From: Craspedostauros australis
Taxonomy: Eukaryota
NCBI GenBank assembly: GCA_030167865.1
Contig: JALAGF010001133.1
Span: 1 to 64,000 of the forward strand
Reading direction: 5' to 3'
Length of the DNA: 64,000 bases
Shown: piece by piece, positions 1-13,837 of the stretch
Numbering within the stretch: the first letter of the stretch is position 1
Layout: each line of letters starts with the position of its first letter
Translations under genes and position numbers: made by a program
The notes under the pieces: generated by a model
Databases searched by the model: none
Told to the model about the DNA's origin: nothing
The model's input: the letters and a program-made list of their open reading frames with translations, nothing else

Positions 1-408
1 AGACTGTCTTCCGACCATGTGTACGACGTCCAAAAGCCAAGCCATCCAGGTTTGGACACATGTTGTTGTCTAAACTCACAACATCCTTGGCTTGACGGGC
101 GATGTCGGAGGAAAGGCTAAAAAGTTTTAACACGGGCCACTGCGAGGGTATCTTGTGGCGCGGCCGGCGTGTAGAGGTTAGCCTAGATGCTTATAACTNN
201 NNNNNNNNNNNNNNNNNNNNNNNNNNNNNNNNNNNNNNNNNCCCTCCACCTATAGGTCTATCTGTGTGCAAAGTTTCAGATAGGTCATAAAAGTCATTAC
301 GGCTCAGATGCACGCTTCCTAGAGTAACCGGGTCATAATCTTAGCTGGTGCATTAACAGGGAGTGTATTTGTCCCTGGACCTGGACCTGGGCCTGCTGTA
401 CGGTGGAG
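1..408 (+). ncRNA. Candidate structured non-coding element (series of imperfect hairpins), identity unknown; interrupted by N gap and possibly truncated by the window start
   Basis: Complementary segments read directly: 10-15/104-109, 27-30/94-97, 34-41/86-93, 50-58/67-75; 114-120/178-184, 130-134/168-172, 135-138/162-165; 244-250/402-408 enclosing 255-264/277-286, 307-313/348-354 and 357-362/372-377. Several G-U pairs are valid on the + strand. No credible ORF. Confidence 0.4.
199..241. other. Assembly gap (run of N)
   Basis: 43 consecutive N. Confidence 1.
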
Positions 409-524
409 TAATCATCATTGTCTTTTATGGTTTATTTTATTCGTGGTGTGTTGTCTGATGTTTTTGGGATGTCATGCTCCAAAATGGAAGAGGACACGCC
501 GTGTGAACCTGCCGGTCGACTGCA

Positions 525-3500
525 TCATCTCTTTGCCTGCGCAACCCACGGGTGGTTGAGCACCATCGCTATTGACAGCCGATCTTCGGCAAGAGGGTTC
601 AGCATGGCAACGATCAGATCTCGGGACTCTTTCGATGTGGAGTTGGGGAAGAACCAGTGAGGGCCCAGGAACTCGCGCTCGTCGGCGTTGGTGATTGGCG
701 TCATGGCACCGTGGGCTGTTGACCGCCGGCCTCCCATCATGCGGACCTCGTCGTACCATTTCCTGTAGGACTGGTACCGAGGGCAGCGAAGGAGGTTGGC
801 ACCGAACGGCAAGGAGTGGAACAGCATGGCGTACAAGATCACGCCAGCACTCCAGACATCTGCTTTGCTGCCGTCGTAGCCGTGATTGAGGGCATTCCTC
901 GTTCGTGGGTCATCGGACTGTGATATGATTTCCGGGGCGACGTAGTGTGGCGAACCAACGACAGACGTCATCCTTCTCACGAGCGAGGCGTTTTCGGGAA
1001 TGTCAGCCTCGGTTGGCGCGCAGAAGTTCTCCAGCGCACCGCACGTCAGGAAGGAGAGGGCGGTCGCCCCGGATCGGACGAACTGATCCATGGAGTGCCC
1101 GATGGGCGACGAGTTCTGTGCACTGATTTCTGTGATACCGAGCATGCCGGAACGCGAGTTGGATCCCTCCCCGATGGAGTTGTGCGATCGCGGTGAACCG
1201 CGATCGTCCATTACGATGTCGTTGCTCGTTCCGGGATCCATCTGCAGCCTGCTTGCGCTGCGTTGATTCTTGCGTTCGAATGTCGCTGACAGGCCAAAGT
1301 CGGCTATCTTCAGCGTTCGTCCCCCTTTGTTGCCGTCCGTGTGCACAAGCAGGTTCTCCGGTTTCAGATCACGATGGGCGATGCCGTTGTCGTGGCAGTA
1401 CTGGATGCCGCTTGCCAGCTCGAAGAAGTACTTTTGCATCGTCTTTTCCGCACCTTCCGGTTCATCTGCCTCGCTGGGTGGCTTGGCGGCGTTGTTGCTG
1501 ATCAGGTCGAACAGCTCCCCGCCGCGCACGAGCTCGAGGATGAGGAACATGGTGGACTTGGTGTCCTGGATGAATTCCAGAACCTCGAAGAGATGCACGA
1601 CGTTCCTGTGCCTACCGATGAGCATCATGTGGCGGATCTCCTTCGTGGCGGCTCGTCGTTGTCGCAGCCATCGTAGGTACTTGGACGGCACAGCAGGCAC
1701 TGCGATGTATGCATTCAATGGACCGCAGAAGACTGTCGCTCGTGATGTTTGGGCCGCACGCACCAGACCACTGGTGAATAGTGCACGTGTGTGGGATGCA
1801 GTGGCAATTGGTACAATGGAGAATGAATCGCACAGCGTGATAGACGAGCGAGATTTTGGAAAACAATATGAGTGGGATTGAGGAATGTGAGCAAGACCAA
1901 GGGGCAAGGGCAAGGCGCAAGATAAATGTTCATCGACAATGGTTTCATCAAGACCCATCGTGTTCAGAATGGGAACTGAACAACATCTTCACATCATACA
2001 ATGCAGAGCATTCATGAAAGCACGCGAATGGCAGAACACGAACTCACGTTTGTTGGGATGTCAGATCGACAGGCTGGAATCCGTTGTCCGCTTCGCTTCG
2101 GGAGCTGGTGGATTCGGTGGCTTCCGTTGTCTCTGTCTCTCCTGTTCCAATTCTGGACGGTGGTTGGGAGTTGTTCCTTGCGAATGCTGGGAGCGGCGGC
2201 GGTGGCTGTCCGGCGTTGACCTTCTCGATGGCCTGCAGCATCTCCTCGAATTCTACATCGGACACTGCGAACGGGACGTGTCCCCAAATCTCGATGCACC
2301 GCGTGAGGGTGAGTTCATGCAACTTATTGGTCTTTGGGTCCATGAATGCTGCGATCAAGCTGAGACGCAAACCCTTTTCTGGTGATCCCCTGTTGACATG
2401 CACTCCCTTGCCCAGCGACGACGCGGCCGATGCACCGCCGTCCTTGGAGCCGTTGGCATTGCCGGAGTACCGCTGCAGCGTCCGCAGGTTGCGGCTGTTG
2501 GGATTGACGAGCCACCAGACATGCTTCTCCGTCATGGGCTTGAGCCCTTGCTTGATTTCCATGGTCATGCCGTCGCCCCTTCGCACCACGACTGCTCCGT
2601 GAAGTCCTTCCGCCGAATCGATGCGAAAGCCAACGGGGTTGAGGATCTTAACGGCGACGGTGTCGTCCGCGAGTCCCTGCCGAAGCGCTTGGCCTGTCTG
2701 TCCCGATGACGTCGCCGAGTTGGGATCAAGTCGAACAGAAACGGCTCGGCTGTATTTTCCATTTCCAGACTTTCGGCCGTTCTTGCCTTTCGGCGACACG
2801 CCTTCATCTTCATCCACTGTCACTTCGATTGCAAGACCTGGCTCTTCGATACCGGCGGCGTTGCCAGCAGATCTGTCGTTTTCGTCGCCCTTGCTTGATG
2901 GCGACTGCGCGGATGCTGGCGACATCGGTGCAACGACATCGTCTGCGTTGGAATCGTTGACATCTCCGTATGCGTTTCCCGTCGTGCCCTGGACGAGACT
3001 CATGGGGGAGCAAAAGAAGGCAGGCGGTTCATCATCCGCATTGGTGCTTCCGCCCACACTTCGTCCAGACGTCGTGCCGTTGTCCGTGCTGCTGCTGCTC
3101 TTGGTAATGCTGTTGCTTCCGCCACCGGTACTTCCGCGTCGCGTTGAGATGATGGTGTCGCGGACGGGATACTCCTCCATCGGCCGCAATCTGTGACCTT
3201 CGTACACAACACCAGCCACGCCGTCGCCCAAGTAGTTACCGAGCTTGTAAGTCGGCTTGCTGTCAACCGAGATGACCTTCCCATCATACGCATCCACCTT
3301 CCTGCAGAATCCATCGCGTTCCTTCCTCCATTGCTTCTCCGCGGAATACCCACCAGAGCGAACCTCATTGATTTGAGACGATCCTCCCGTCCTTCCATTC
3401 TTGCCGCCTTTGTTCTTGGTGGGGTTGGAACCTTTGCCTTTGCCGTTGGGCTTGACAATGCTTGGGGGTGCGAAGTTCTGTTTGATGACAACATGTCGAG

Positions 3501-4247
3501 TGGATCAGTCAACGTGTCGGTTAGTCGGACGGACGAACATAGGTGAAAAAGAATGCGGAAAGGGGTTTGGGGCAAGTGATGCATTGTGCAATGGAACAAC
3601 ACACCATGATACCATACACGATGTGGATGATGAATAAATGAGGCATGGAAAGGTGAGTTGAGAAGACGTTGCACAATTAGTATAGAGAACACAAATAGTA
3701 TTCACATCAACATCAGATGGCAACGCAACATGCGCGGGAAGTGTTCAAGTGGAGTACAAGTCTGCACATCCATTTGGTTGTTGCTGATGGTGCATGTCCA
3801 AAAGGTTGATCAACTCACCTCCAAAGGATGGGACTCCATGTCTGCGTCGATGTTCACGTTCTTCCGGCTTCGTGAAGTGGATGCACCGCTCATTCGGCTG
3901 CTTCCGGATTGACTGTGGTTGCTGCTGTCCCGACCGAAGGATGTTTTCAACTTTCGGATCAAGCCGCTGCCCTTCTTGCCGCTCCTGCTGCTCTTGACGC
4001 TGGAGGCGGACTGGTTGCCCTCCGATGGCGTGAAGGAACCGAGGCTGGGGTCCGAGTTGGTTCTGGAGGATTTGCTGAAGACTCTGCCGCCGCTCGCGCG
4101 ACGGTCTTTGTTGCGTTCCTTGCCGTCCTTCTTGTTGCTGCCGCGTCTCAGGAATCTGCTCTTCCAGCCATTGCCGCCCTTTGGTGGCAGGTCCTGTGGC
4201 GTTCCCACCTTCCCGTTTGGAATCATGGTGGCTGTTGTGGTCGCCAT
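525..4247 (-). CDS. Ser/Thr protein kinase (CAMK/SNF1-like catalytic motifs) with very large insertions, ~1034 aa, 3 exons
   Basis: Exons 4247-3819, 3477-2048 and 1770-525, joined by GTGAGT...CAG introns with matching phases (0, 2). Motifs: Gly loop LGDGVAGVVY, VAVK, alphaC ATKEIRHM, HRDLKPEN, DFG, GSPHYVAPE, DVWSAGVILY. AATAAA on the minus strand near 431-441. Confidence 0.9.
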
Positions 4248-6454
4248 GGTGTCGTGAGTTGTGCTTTGTGAGCTATGCCTTGTGCCTGGTGAAGGTGCTT
4301 CGTGAGAGAAAGGAATCTCTCCAATGCTCAATGCTTGCCAGCCAATCCCCGCGTGCTACTATAATAAATGAGAGCTGTTTGTATTGTTGTTGCGGCAGAG
4401 GTTGAATCTCGTCCCAGGAATGCTCTATCGTCGACCGTCTTTCTCTGTTATAGTACGCGCACTGGACAACTAGGAAGCGCTCCTCGATTTTGTTCTCCAG
4501 AGGAATGTGCTTTGGTGCGAAGTTTTCTGTCTGTGTCCGTTGTCTGCGGATGCCTTCGTACTCGTATGGTACGGTATGGTATGATGTGATATGATGTGGT
4601 ATGCGTGCACCAATGATGAAGAAACACCGCCAAAAATCCTGTTCTTCTTCTTCTCCTCGTATTGCTCTCTGTTGCTCTCTATCGGTGGTCTGATCCCTCG
4701 TCTCCTTCAATCTACGTCTCGTCGACCACGACCTCAGCAATGCATTGACGCCTGTTGGATGTGATGGTCTATGGTAAAGTACGAGTGTGTATGTTGGAGA
4801 GTAGTGGTGATGTTGATGAGGTTGATGATGTTCGTGGCAATAGCCGAAGGAGTGGCGACCAACAAGATGGTGGTTTCTTGGCGTGCTTGTCGCTCACTCT
4901 CTCTTGGTTGCCTGTTGGTGGCAGATGTCGTATCAGCGCCACACAGAGAGAGACAACCAGCGCAAAAGGCAAAAGACAGTGGAACTACTCTCACCGACAC
5001 GAGACGAGGTACGCGCCGAAAACACGTGATGGAAGGCAACAACGAGAACAACACGAGCGCGAAGAAAGATGGCAAGAAAGAACCACGACGTTACTCGCGT
5101 GGCACGCACAGTCCCCATTGCGTCCATTGTTCTTCCACGCCGATTCCGACAATCGGTGGTGACTCGTGTTGGAGTTGGCGCACATTGCAGCACACGCGCT
5201 CGCGACGCCTACACGGCTGGAACCAACTGTGTGCGCCAGCGTGAACAGAAATTCGCTTTATTTACGCCTTTGCCCAATTCAGCGAACACCGCAAAACCAA
5301 GGTTGGTGGGACTTTTTTGTATATTAAATATTCATACATTAATGAAATACTTGCATCAGACGTTATTGAATCATGTGAGACTTTGATGTGGATGACTTTG
5401 ACCAACTCGATCACCTGTGGATTCTCACGACAAAGCTCACCCACATCCGATCCCACCGAGTCCTTCCGAATTCGTTTTGTTCTTGGAAGAGCCTTTTTGA
5501 AAGTCGGAGGAGTCGATTGGGGCTGAAGCAGTCCTCGTTGTTTGGTTGGGTTTGTGGATCGTCTGTCGTGGTTGTCGTGGCAACAACAACAGCAACAGCT
5601 GTTTGGTTGTCGTGGTCGTACTCGTAGCCTCGCAGTTTCACGTTTTGTGGACTCGTTGCGTGCAGTCTGTGCGTTGTATTTCGCCAGATCGCGACAAACC
5701 ACAGGCGCGCAGCAGAACACTGCTGAAAACCAAAGAGTCACGACAACGCCAGCGGCGCGTGTTTGTTGGGGACACAAATCGTCATCGACAGCAAAAAGGG
5801 TGAGTGGAGCAATGACTGGTCTCAAGCAGCTTGGAGGAGGGATCCTTCGTGAGGCACGGCGTTGTGGATCCTGCGACGATGGCGTCGGGGCAGCGTCGCC
5901 TTGCGATAGGCAACCGTATGTATGCGGGAGTTCCATGGCAGGAGCGTTTGGTTGATGGATCAGATACGCCTACATGTGGGACCATCATCGCGGTGATCGA
6001 CAGCGGGGCTTGCTGCGCTGCCTGGTGCCCGCGCAACAAGCAGAACAGGTTTTCGCCCTTGTTGTGCCAGTTTTTGGGGCTCCCAAGATTCCGTTCCCTT
6101 CCGGGACATCCACCAAGAAACGGTGTTGCCTGCTTGACTTCTTGGTTTCGCCTCGCATGATCCGCTCCCCCAAACATCGTCGCCTGTCACCACACGAAGC
6201 ACAAAGACTCGCCCTCAGCACAACACGGCCTTCTTCGGCATCGCGGCTGCTGTCTCCTTTTTTCGCGGTGTTCCTTCTCCCACTATCTTCGCCATCTGCT
6301 CCCAACAACCACGACAACAAAACACGACGCTCACACACCTCCGCACTCATTTTCATACTCATACTCTGTCGTAACCGAACACAGTTGCAGTTGATCATCA
6401 CACACAGGCACACACGCATACATACAGATACCACACACAAGCACAAACTTCACA

Positions 6455-7596
<1,142 letters not shown>

Positions 7597-8652
7597 AGTT
7601 CCTTCAGCATAATGACAATGTAAAACAGTGCGGGCTTTCTCTCATTACCATCCACCATAGCATACTCTAGCAAACCTTTTTTGTCATGTCAAGTTCAACC
7701 TCGTTCACCTACCATATCATTCTCGCTGTTGAGCGCATCAACCCATCTTCATCGTGATCAGATGGCCAAGTTGCTTGGCATAATTCACGCAAGCGCAGAG
7801 CATGTGCTGTCAGCAAACATTTTCTTGGTGGGGGAAAGAGCTGTTCGTTGCTGCGTTTGTGGAGGTGTCTGTGGCAGCGCTATGATGATCCAGCAAGCAT
7901 ATTGGCAATGCGTACAATCGGCAACGAATGCAACGCAACGAGGCACCGCATCTTTGGCGGCCTCCTACGCATGAACTGACTGAAGGAATCAGAGAGCACC
8001 CCTTCATGCCGCGCATATTGGTACGTACGAGAAGAGGATATGGAGAACATCGAATGCAGCTGACAATCTCGTGTGATGTGTGGTACAAGTATGCACGTCG
8101 TGCAGTATGTATGATTGTGCTATTATCCTTCTGTATGGTGTTGTATGATGTCATGATGTCTCTTTCCTTCCCGTATCCCTTCCTGTGCCATTCATCCGAT
8201 GGTGCTGGTCGAGCATGACGCGATCGGGAGTTACTCACAAATCAGCGCCGCGCCATGCAAAACCAAGCGCCGTGTTGCATATGCCGGAGCTCGAACGTGG
8301 TTGGCTGGGGACTCTGTGCAACAATGCACCGCACACACGAACTCCGCACAAACCAGAGGAGAGCCAAAAGAGCCATCTCCTCAATGGTTTCGAAGCAGGC
8401 ATGAGAGGCTGGCATGCCACCCAACGAACTCTGTCGCAACACGTGAAGCGAATTGCGTTGTTGTCCCATTTCGTTTCCTATTTTGGGCTTTGCCTTCTTC
8501 GAATGGATTGCCCATATGGTCCAGCCACTCCAAGCTGCGCAGCATCCTGGAACTCAAGGAGAGCCAAGTTGTGGCGCGGGGCATCTGCAGTGAGCATTCC
8601 AAACTGATTGCTGGCAAGATGTGTGGAATATACGAGTACAATAGTGAGGAAA

Positions 8653-9722
8653 CTAGATTCCAAGCTGTCCGTATCCTGGAATACGTTCGATCTTTGCAAA
8701 GTCCCATTCCTTGTTGCACAGGGGGCAGACCGATCTCGTCTTGAGCCAGCGCTGGATGCAGTCCAAGTGGAATGTGTGACCGCATGTACCGAATGCAATG
8801 GACAGACCGTTGTCGTTGGTTGGGGATGGGTTCGCCTGATACTCGATGGATGGCTCGTTCAATGAATTACGGCAAATTGCGCACTGGGGACGGTTTTCGA
8901 TACATGTGTGAGAGAGCAAGATGAATTGCGTAGCGTGATCCACGACGCGTAGACAAGGATCATGCACACATGGTTGCGCGATCCGAGGGCGATGGCGTCA
9001 TGGTAGTTGCGTGATTGCAAGACAGCAACGTCAAATGAGGAAGTGGAAAACAAGCGTGAGGAGAAGGGTGAGCACATTGTTGACATGAAATCCCACACTG
9101 GACGACACACGACGCAGTACGCGTCCTTGATGGCGCACGGATACGCAAGAACACCAGCACTGCAGGATGCAGAAAGCTCATGCCATCACATTCATATTCG
9201 TGGTCATGTTGATGATCACGTACCGTGTCCGCACAGATATCCCACGACCACATGGCCACCGCATTCCATTTCTTGATCTCGAATCGAGGTGGTGCCGCGG
9301 TCTTCCCGGCTGGCTTCGCGGCCGGCTTGGCGGCTGGCTTGACCTGCATCATCAACGTGAACGTGAATGGAGAGACGTAGTGTGATGCAAAACAGTATGA
9401 CACAGCGCAGCGACGGGAGAAGGGAATGCACAAGATCAAAAGCAGCACAGAAAGATAGCAAGGGATGTGTGAGTGCGAGTGTTGATATAGTAGTGCTGGG
9501 TACAGCGTTGGATGAAGGAAGGCATCATGGGAAGTCGCAAACGTGGTTCTGTGCAGACAAGAAACGATGGCGACCAAACGCAGTAGCGAACGACAGCGGC
9601 GGCAAGATCGCCATCGTGGTGATTGCTCTCAGAGGGAAATCCTTCCACTCGGGAGGATGTTCGCTTCCGACAACGCTGCAAAGTCTTCTGCCCCGTAAAC
9701 TCACTGCTGCTGTACTATCCAT
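8653..9722 (-). CDS. RBX1: RING-box protein 1 (cullin-RING ligase subunit), ~122 aa, 3 exons
   Basis: Exons 9722-9705 (MDSTAA; least certain), 9343-9224 ([21 protein letters not shown]) and 8883-8653 (CAICRN...[27 protein letters not shown]). Both introns are phase 0 GT-AG. Confidence 0.95.
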
Positions 9723-11571
9723 GATGCTGCTTGTATGTGTGAGTGTGTGAGTGTATGAATGAGTTCGTATCCCTGATCGTGCTTATTTGTGGCGTTTGTT
9801 TCTCAAGGATGATCTTTGTCGTGGGTTGTTCGTGTGTGTGCGAATACTTGTGGTGTTGTTCCCTTGCTTCGTGTTCTGTTGTGTTTGACATGCCACCAAC
9901 AACTACGCGCGGTTTGCGTGTGTTGCTGATTTCGTGGATTCCGTGGCTTTCGTTCTGTCCGCTTCTCGAGTTTTTCCCCTCGTTTCTGCTGCATCGTGTG
10001 CCGCCAACCACGAAGACCATGGTACCACGACTGGTGCGTCCGAAACCTCCACGCTCCGCGGTTAACGAACACGACGTGGGTCTTGGTGGAGAAGTGTTGC
10101 TTCCGTGCACCATCTCCAAGCATCAACATGGCAAGACTGTTCCAAACAGTTTCACAAATATAATACAATGAAAGACCGCGATTGGAGTGGAGATCGCCAC
10201 TGATCTATTGAGACTATTCCATTCGGGATATGATTGATAATCTCGAAGGTGGTGCGACCACCAGTAAAGTCTAGCGCTGGGAGCTTGGAATGAAACGATG
10301 GGATGAATGGGAAGTGTTGTCTTCGGGCCGCAGGAACAGCATCCCACTGTCATGAACATCATCATCATCATCATCATCATCGTGTCCTTTGCGAAGAAGA
10401 GCTCTCCCTGGACTATCCCATACAACATATGCGGAGGAAATCAGCAGTGCACTGAACAGCTCCCCCTAAGAATATGCATACATCTTGGGCATTGACAGTA
10501 GCTCATACCTATCTACAACATCCCTCTCCATCCTCTCTATCCTCAAACTTAGCACATCTCTCGAACCAACAACGTCCTATCATTGTCCGAGACACTCCCT
10601 GAACATGTTACGAACACTGACACAATCGTCCGAGTCAAGAAGCAGTCAAGAACGACACTGAATGGTCAAAACCAAAAATCGAAAACAACGCAAAGAGAAA
10701 CCAAACAAGACAGAGAGAGCCTTCATTGGCAATCAATCATTGAAAGCACCCCCCTCCATTTCAACAGGTACCACATAACGCACCAGGGTCACTGGACGCA
10801 GAGTTATCCAACCTCTCATCCATTACACAACAACGCTCGTCTTGTCCTCACATCTTCACAACGTGTGATACATCGTTCGAAGGTGAGCAACCGAATGGTG
10901 GAGACAGTAGCCAGCTCTCCACCCTCGAATACATGCGTCCGTGTTGCTGCCGATGGTGTGGGTTCGCACTGTCCACCATACATGGCACCATGCACGTCCT
11001 TGCCACGAGGACGGCGACTGCTTCCGCAATATCCAACGTGCTCTGCATTTCCCTTGCTTGATGATGACTGCATGTTGCAAGCCCATGCTCATGTTCACGT
11101 TGCAAGGCATCTTGGTGTGGGCATTCCAGAGTTCAGTTGAGTTGGGCTTGATAAAATCTTGGGATGAACCTCGAGTCATGCATACCATGCTCTGAGAGTA
11201 CTGCATCACGAACACCGCGACATGAAGCAGTGCGAGCCACTGCCGTGCTCATAGCTGCGACGATCATCACTAACACACAACAATCATCTCATCCCTTCTT
11301 TATACTCGTACTCTACCATGTTCACACTGATTGTCTTTGACACAACATAAAACAACACAATACCACGTTATGCTGTGACATGCTATGCGACAACAACATG
11401 AACGCCATCAATCACAACTGTCGCGGCACCGTCATCCAAGATCAGAGAGGGTTCTCCGCGATACTCGAACTTCACATTTTAGTATACATCCGCAACCTTG
11501 TCTCTATACTATTATATTATACACTCAATCGGCACCCCAATCGGCACCCCGTTCGGCCCCAATAGCATAGC

Positions 11572-13464
11572 ATGGTGAGCTCGAAACGCAGAGGGGCCAC
11601 GTCCGTCAAGAGCAAGCATGTCACCGCTGACACGCATGTGCTCTTGGCACGGGGTCTTTCTGCCAGGTTCTCCGGCGTCAATATCCCCATCAACGGACTC
11701 ACGTCGGAGGAGATGGAGCGCGACCTGCGCCACATCGAAGCATTCTCCAATGCCTGCGTCGCCTACTCGCAGCAGTACTTCATCTACCGGAATCAGAACG
11801 ACCTCAGCGACAAGGATGGAACCTCGGCGCGTGCCGGCAACTCGATGACGTCGCAACCTCTGGTGGCGATGCCGGTGCGAATCGATCCGGAAGAGGAGAA
11901 GAGGCTGGCGACTCTACGTCAGAAGATCCAGCACACGGAATCGCAGCGAGAGGTCATGGAATCGCAGTACCTCAGCCTCAGAGCTCACTTCGTCTACATC
12001 TCACAAGTCCTCAAGAAGCTGAGAGGCAACGTGACGGAGCAGCTCAAGTTCCTCCAATCCCTGCTACAAAAGCGCGGTGACCTCGTCTCCCTCCAGCGTG
12101 CACGACTGCAAATGGCGCGCGACACCTTGGACTGCCTGCGATACAGACGGGCGGTAGTGGCAGAGAGCGCAGGCAACGCAGATGCTGCTGCCGCTGCGAA
12201 ATTAGCATCCGACGTCAACAGGACTTCCTCCACGGACGCTGATGATGGCAGCGAGAACAACGCGGACAGCATGAGCGTCGACGAAGGCGGCGATGCATCC
12301 AAGCAGAGCAGCACCAATCATCTCCTCAAGAAGTGGAACGCCGTCGAATCCAGCTTCAAGCGTGCGGAAGAGGCGTGCCACGAAGGTGGCGATAATGACG
12401 TCATGACGTGGTCAGCATTGAAGGTCCCAAAGACACCGCCAGGCGTTCCCCTCCTCCTGTCGCAGCTTTCCACCGATCCTGGATACGGCGCTGCTTACGC
12501 CTGCAAGGGCATGTTCGGTTCCGCACCGCACGATCTGTGCTGGCTTGTCGATAACATTGCGGATTACAGCGAGACGGCGGGCAAGCTCGAAGGACTGCGA
12601 GCAGAGAGCGAGCAGATTCGCAACGAGCTGGAGGGAGAGCGCAACACCAATCGCGACCTGCAGAACAAGATCATCGCCTGCCGCAAGCACAATGACGAGA
12701 TGGTGGCGACCATGACGTTCCTGCGCACCGAAACGGAGGCCGTTGTTAGGCGCCACAATATCCTTCTCGAAAGCAAGGAGGGGAAGGAAGCAGCACTGTC
12801 CGTGCATAAGAAGGAAGAGGCGGTCATGCTGAAAGCTGGCAAGGACAACGGCAGTGCCACCAAAAAGGAGATCGTCTCCGGCAAGGACGAGAAGGTGGCA
12901 GAAAAGCCGAAGGTGGAGAAACCAGTAGAGACGAAGCCGGACAAACCAGCTGCGGAGAGCACCAAACCAATCGAATCTTCCGACACCTCGTCCAGCAGCA
13001 AGGATGCTGGTAAGTCGGCGACTGACGATGATAATGCAAAGACTCCCGTCACCGCCGACACAACGAAGGATGCAAGCCCCAAAGTAGACGCAAGCAAGTC
13101 AGATGCTGCTGATACCGTGGCTGCGATTCTATCTTCCATCAGCAACAACGCCGCCGCCGCCGCTCTGTCAGAAAGCACCAGTGAAGCAAAGGAACCCGCT
13201 AAGAGCAGCGCCGGCGCCGACATCAAGCCGGCGGAACAAAGTACCACCACGACCGACGGCAATAACAAGGGACAGGCTGGCACAGACAACGCCGTGAACA
13301 AGGACGACGATGACGAGGAAGAGGAAGGCGAAGTCGTGGATGACGCGGAAAGACCAAATCCTGAGGGCGCGGGACAAGGGCCAGAGAAGCGCTCCTTGGC
13401 AGATGCGGTGGACGGTGCTGGCTCGGACGAAGCAGATCCAATGAAGAAGCGCAGGAAGGTGTAG
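11572..13464 (+). CDS. Hypothetical coiled-coil protein with acidic low-complexity tail and C-terminal NLS (may have an extra upstream exon)
   Basis: 630-aa ORF with coding-like codon use, heptad-like segments (EEKRLATLRQKIQHTESQREV; LEGLRAESEQIRNELEGER) and terminal KKRRKV resembling the SV40-type NLS. Confidence 0.85.
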   Translation: MVSSKRRGATSVKSKHVTADTHVLLARGLSARFSGVNIPINGLTSEEMERDLRHIEAFSNACVAYSQQYFIYRNQNDLSDKDGTSARAGNSMTSQPLVAMPVRIDPEEEKRLATLRQKIQHTESQREVMESQYLSLRAHFVYISQVLKKLRGNVTEQLKFLQSLLQKRGDLVSLQRARLQMARDTLDCLRYRRAVVAESAGNADAAAAAKLASDVNRTSSTDADDGSENNADSMSVDEGGDASKQSSTNHLLKKWNAVESSFKRAEEACHEGGDNDVMTWSALKVPKTPPGVPLLLSQLSTDPGYGAAYACKGMFGSAPHDLCWLVDNIADYSETAGKLEGLRAESEQIRNELEGERNTNRDLQNKIIACRKHNDEMVATMTFLRTETEAVVRRHNILLESKEGKEAALSVHKKEEAVMLKAGKDNGSATKKEIVSGKDEKVAEKPKVEKPVETKPDKPAAESTKPIESSDTSSSSKDAGKSATDDDNAKTPVTADTTKDASPKVDASKSDAADTVAAILSSISNNAAAAALSESTSEAKEPAKSSAGADIKPAEQSTTTTDGNNKGQAGTDNAVNKDDDDEEEEGEVVDDAERPNPEGAGQGPEKRSLADAVDGAGSDEADPMKKRRKV

Positions 13465-13837
13465 AGTGTGCGGACTGTACGTACGGCCGTGATCTTGGGG
13501 CAGATCAGGCCAGAATGTACGGTACAGCACTATGACGAGTCGAGTACGAATGCCACGCGACAGGAATCGGCTTCTTGACTTTTCTCACCATCAGAGAGAC
13601 AGGATGCTTCATGAATCCAACGCAACGCAATGCAATGCAAACAAAATGGATGTCGTATGGCACAATCACACAAATGGGTACCAAAACAAATCCGATTCAC
13701 AATGAGACTTGAAATCTTTGATAATGTTCAATGTTCAATTAACATTCTATTGTACTATTAGCTCGTAGTTGAATGCTATTGGTATGTGTGACTGGTTCAT
13801 TCGTAATGCGACCTCGCTTGTTTCTCTAGAGAGTACT

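Noticed and set aside
102-290. 62-aa ORF across the gap
   Set aside because: It spans Ns and has no protein-like features.
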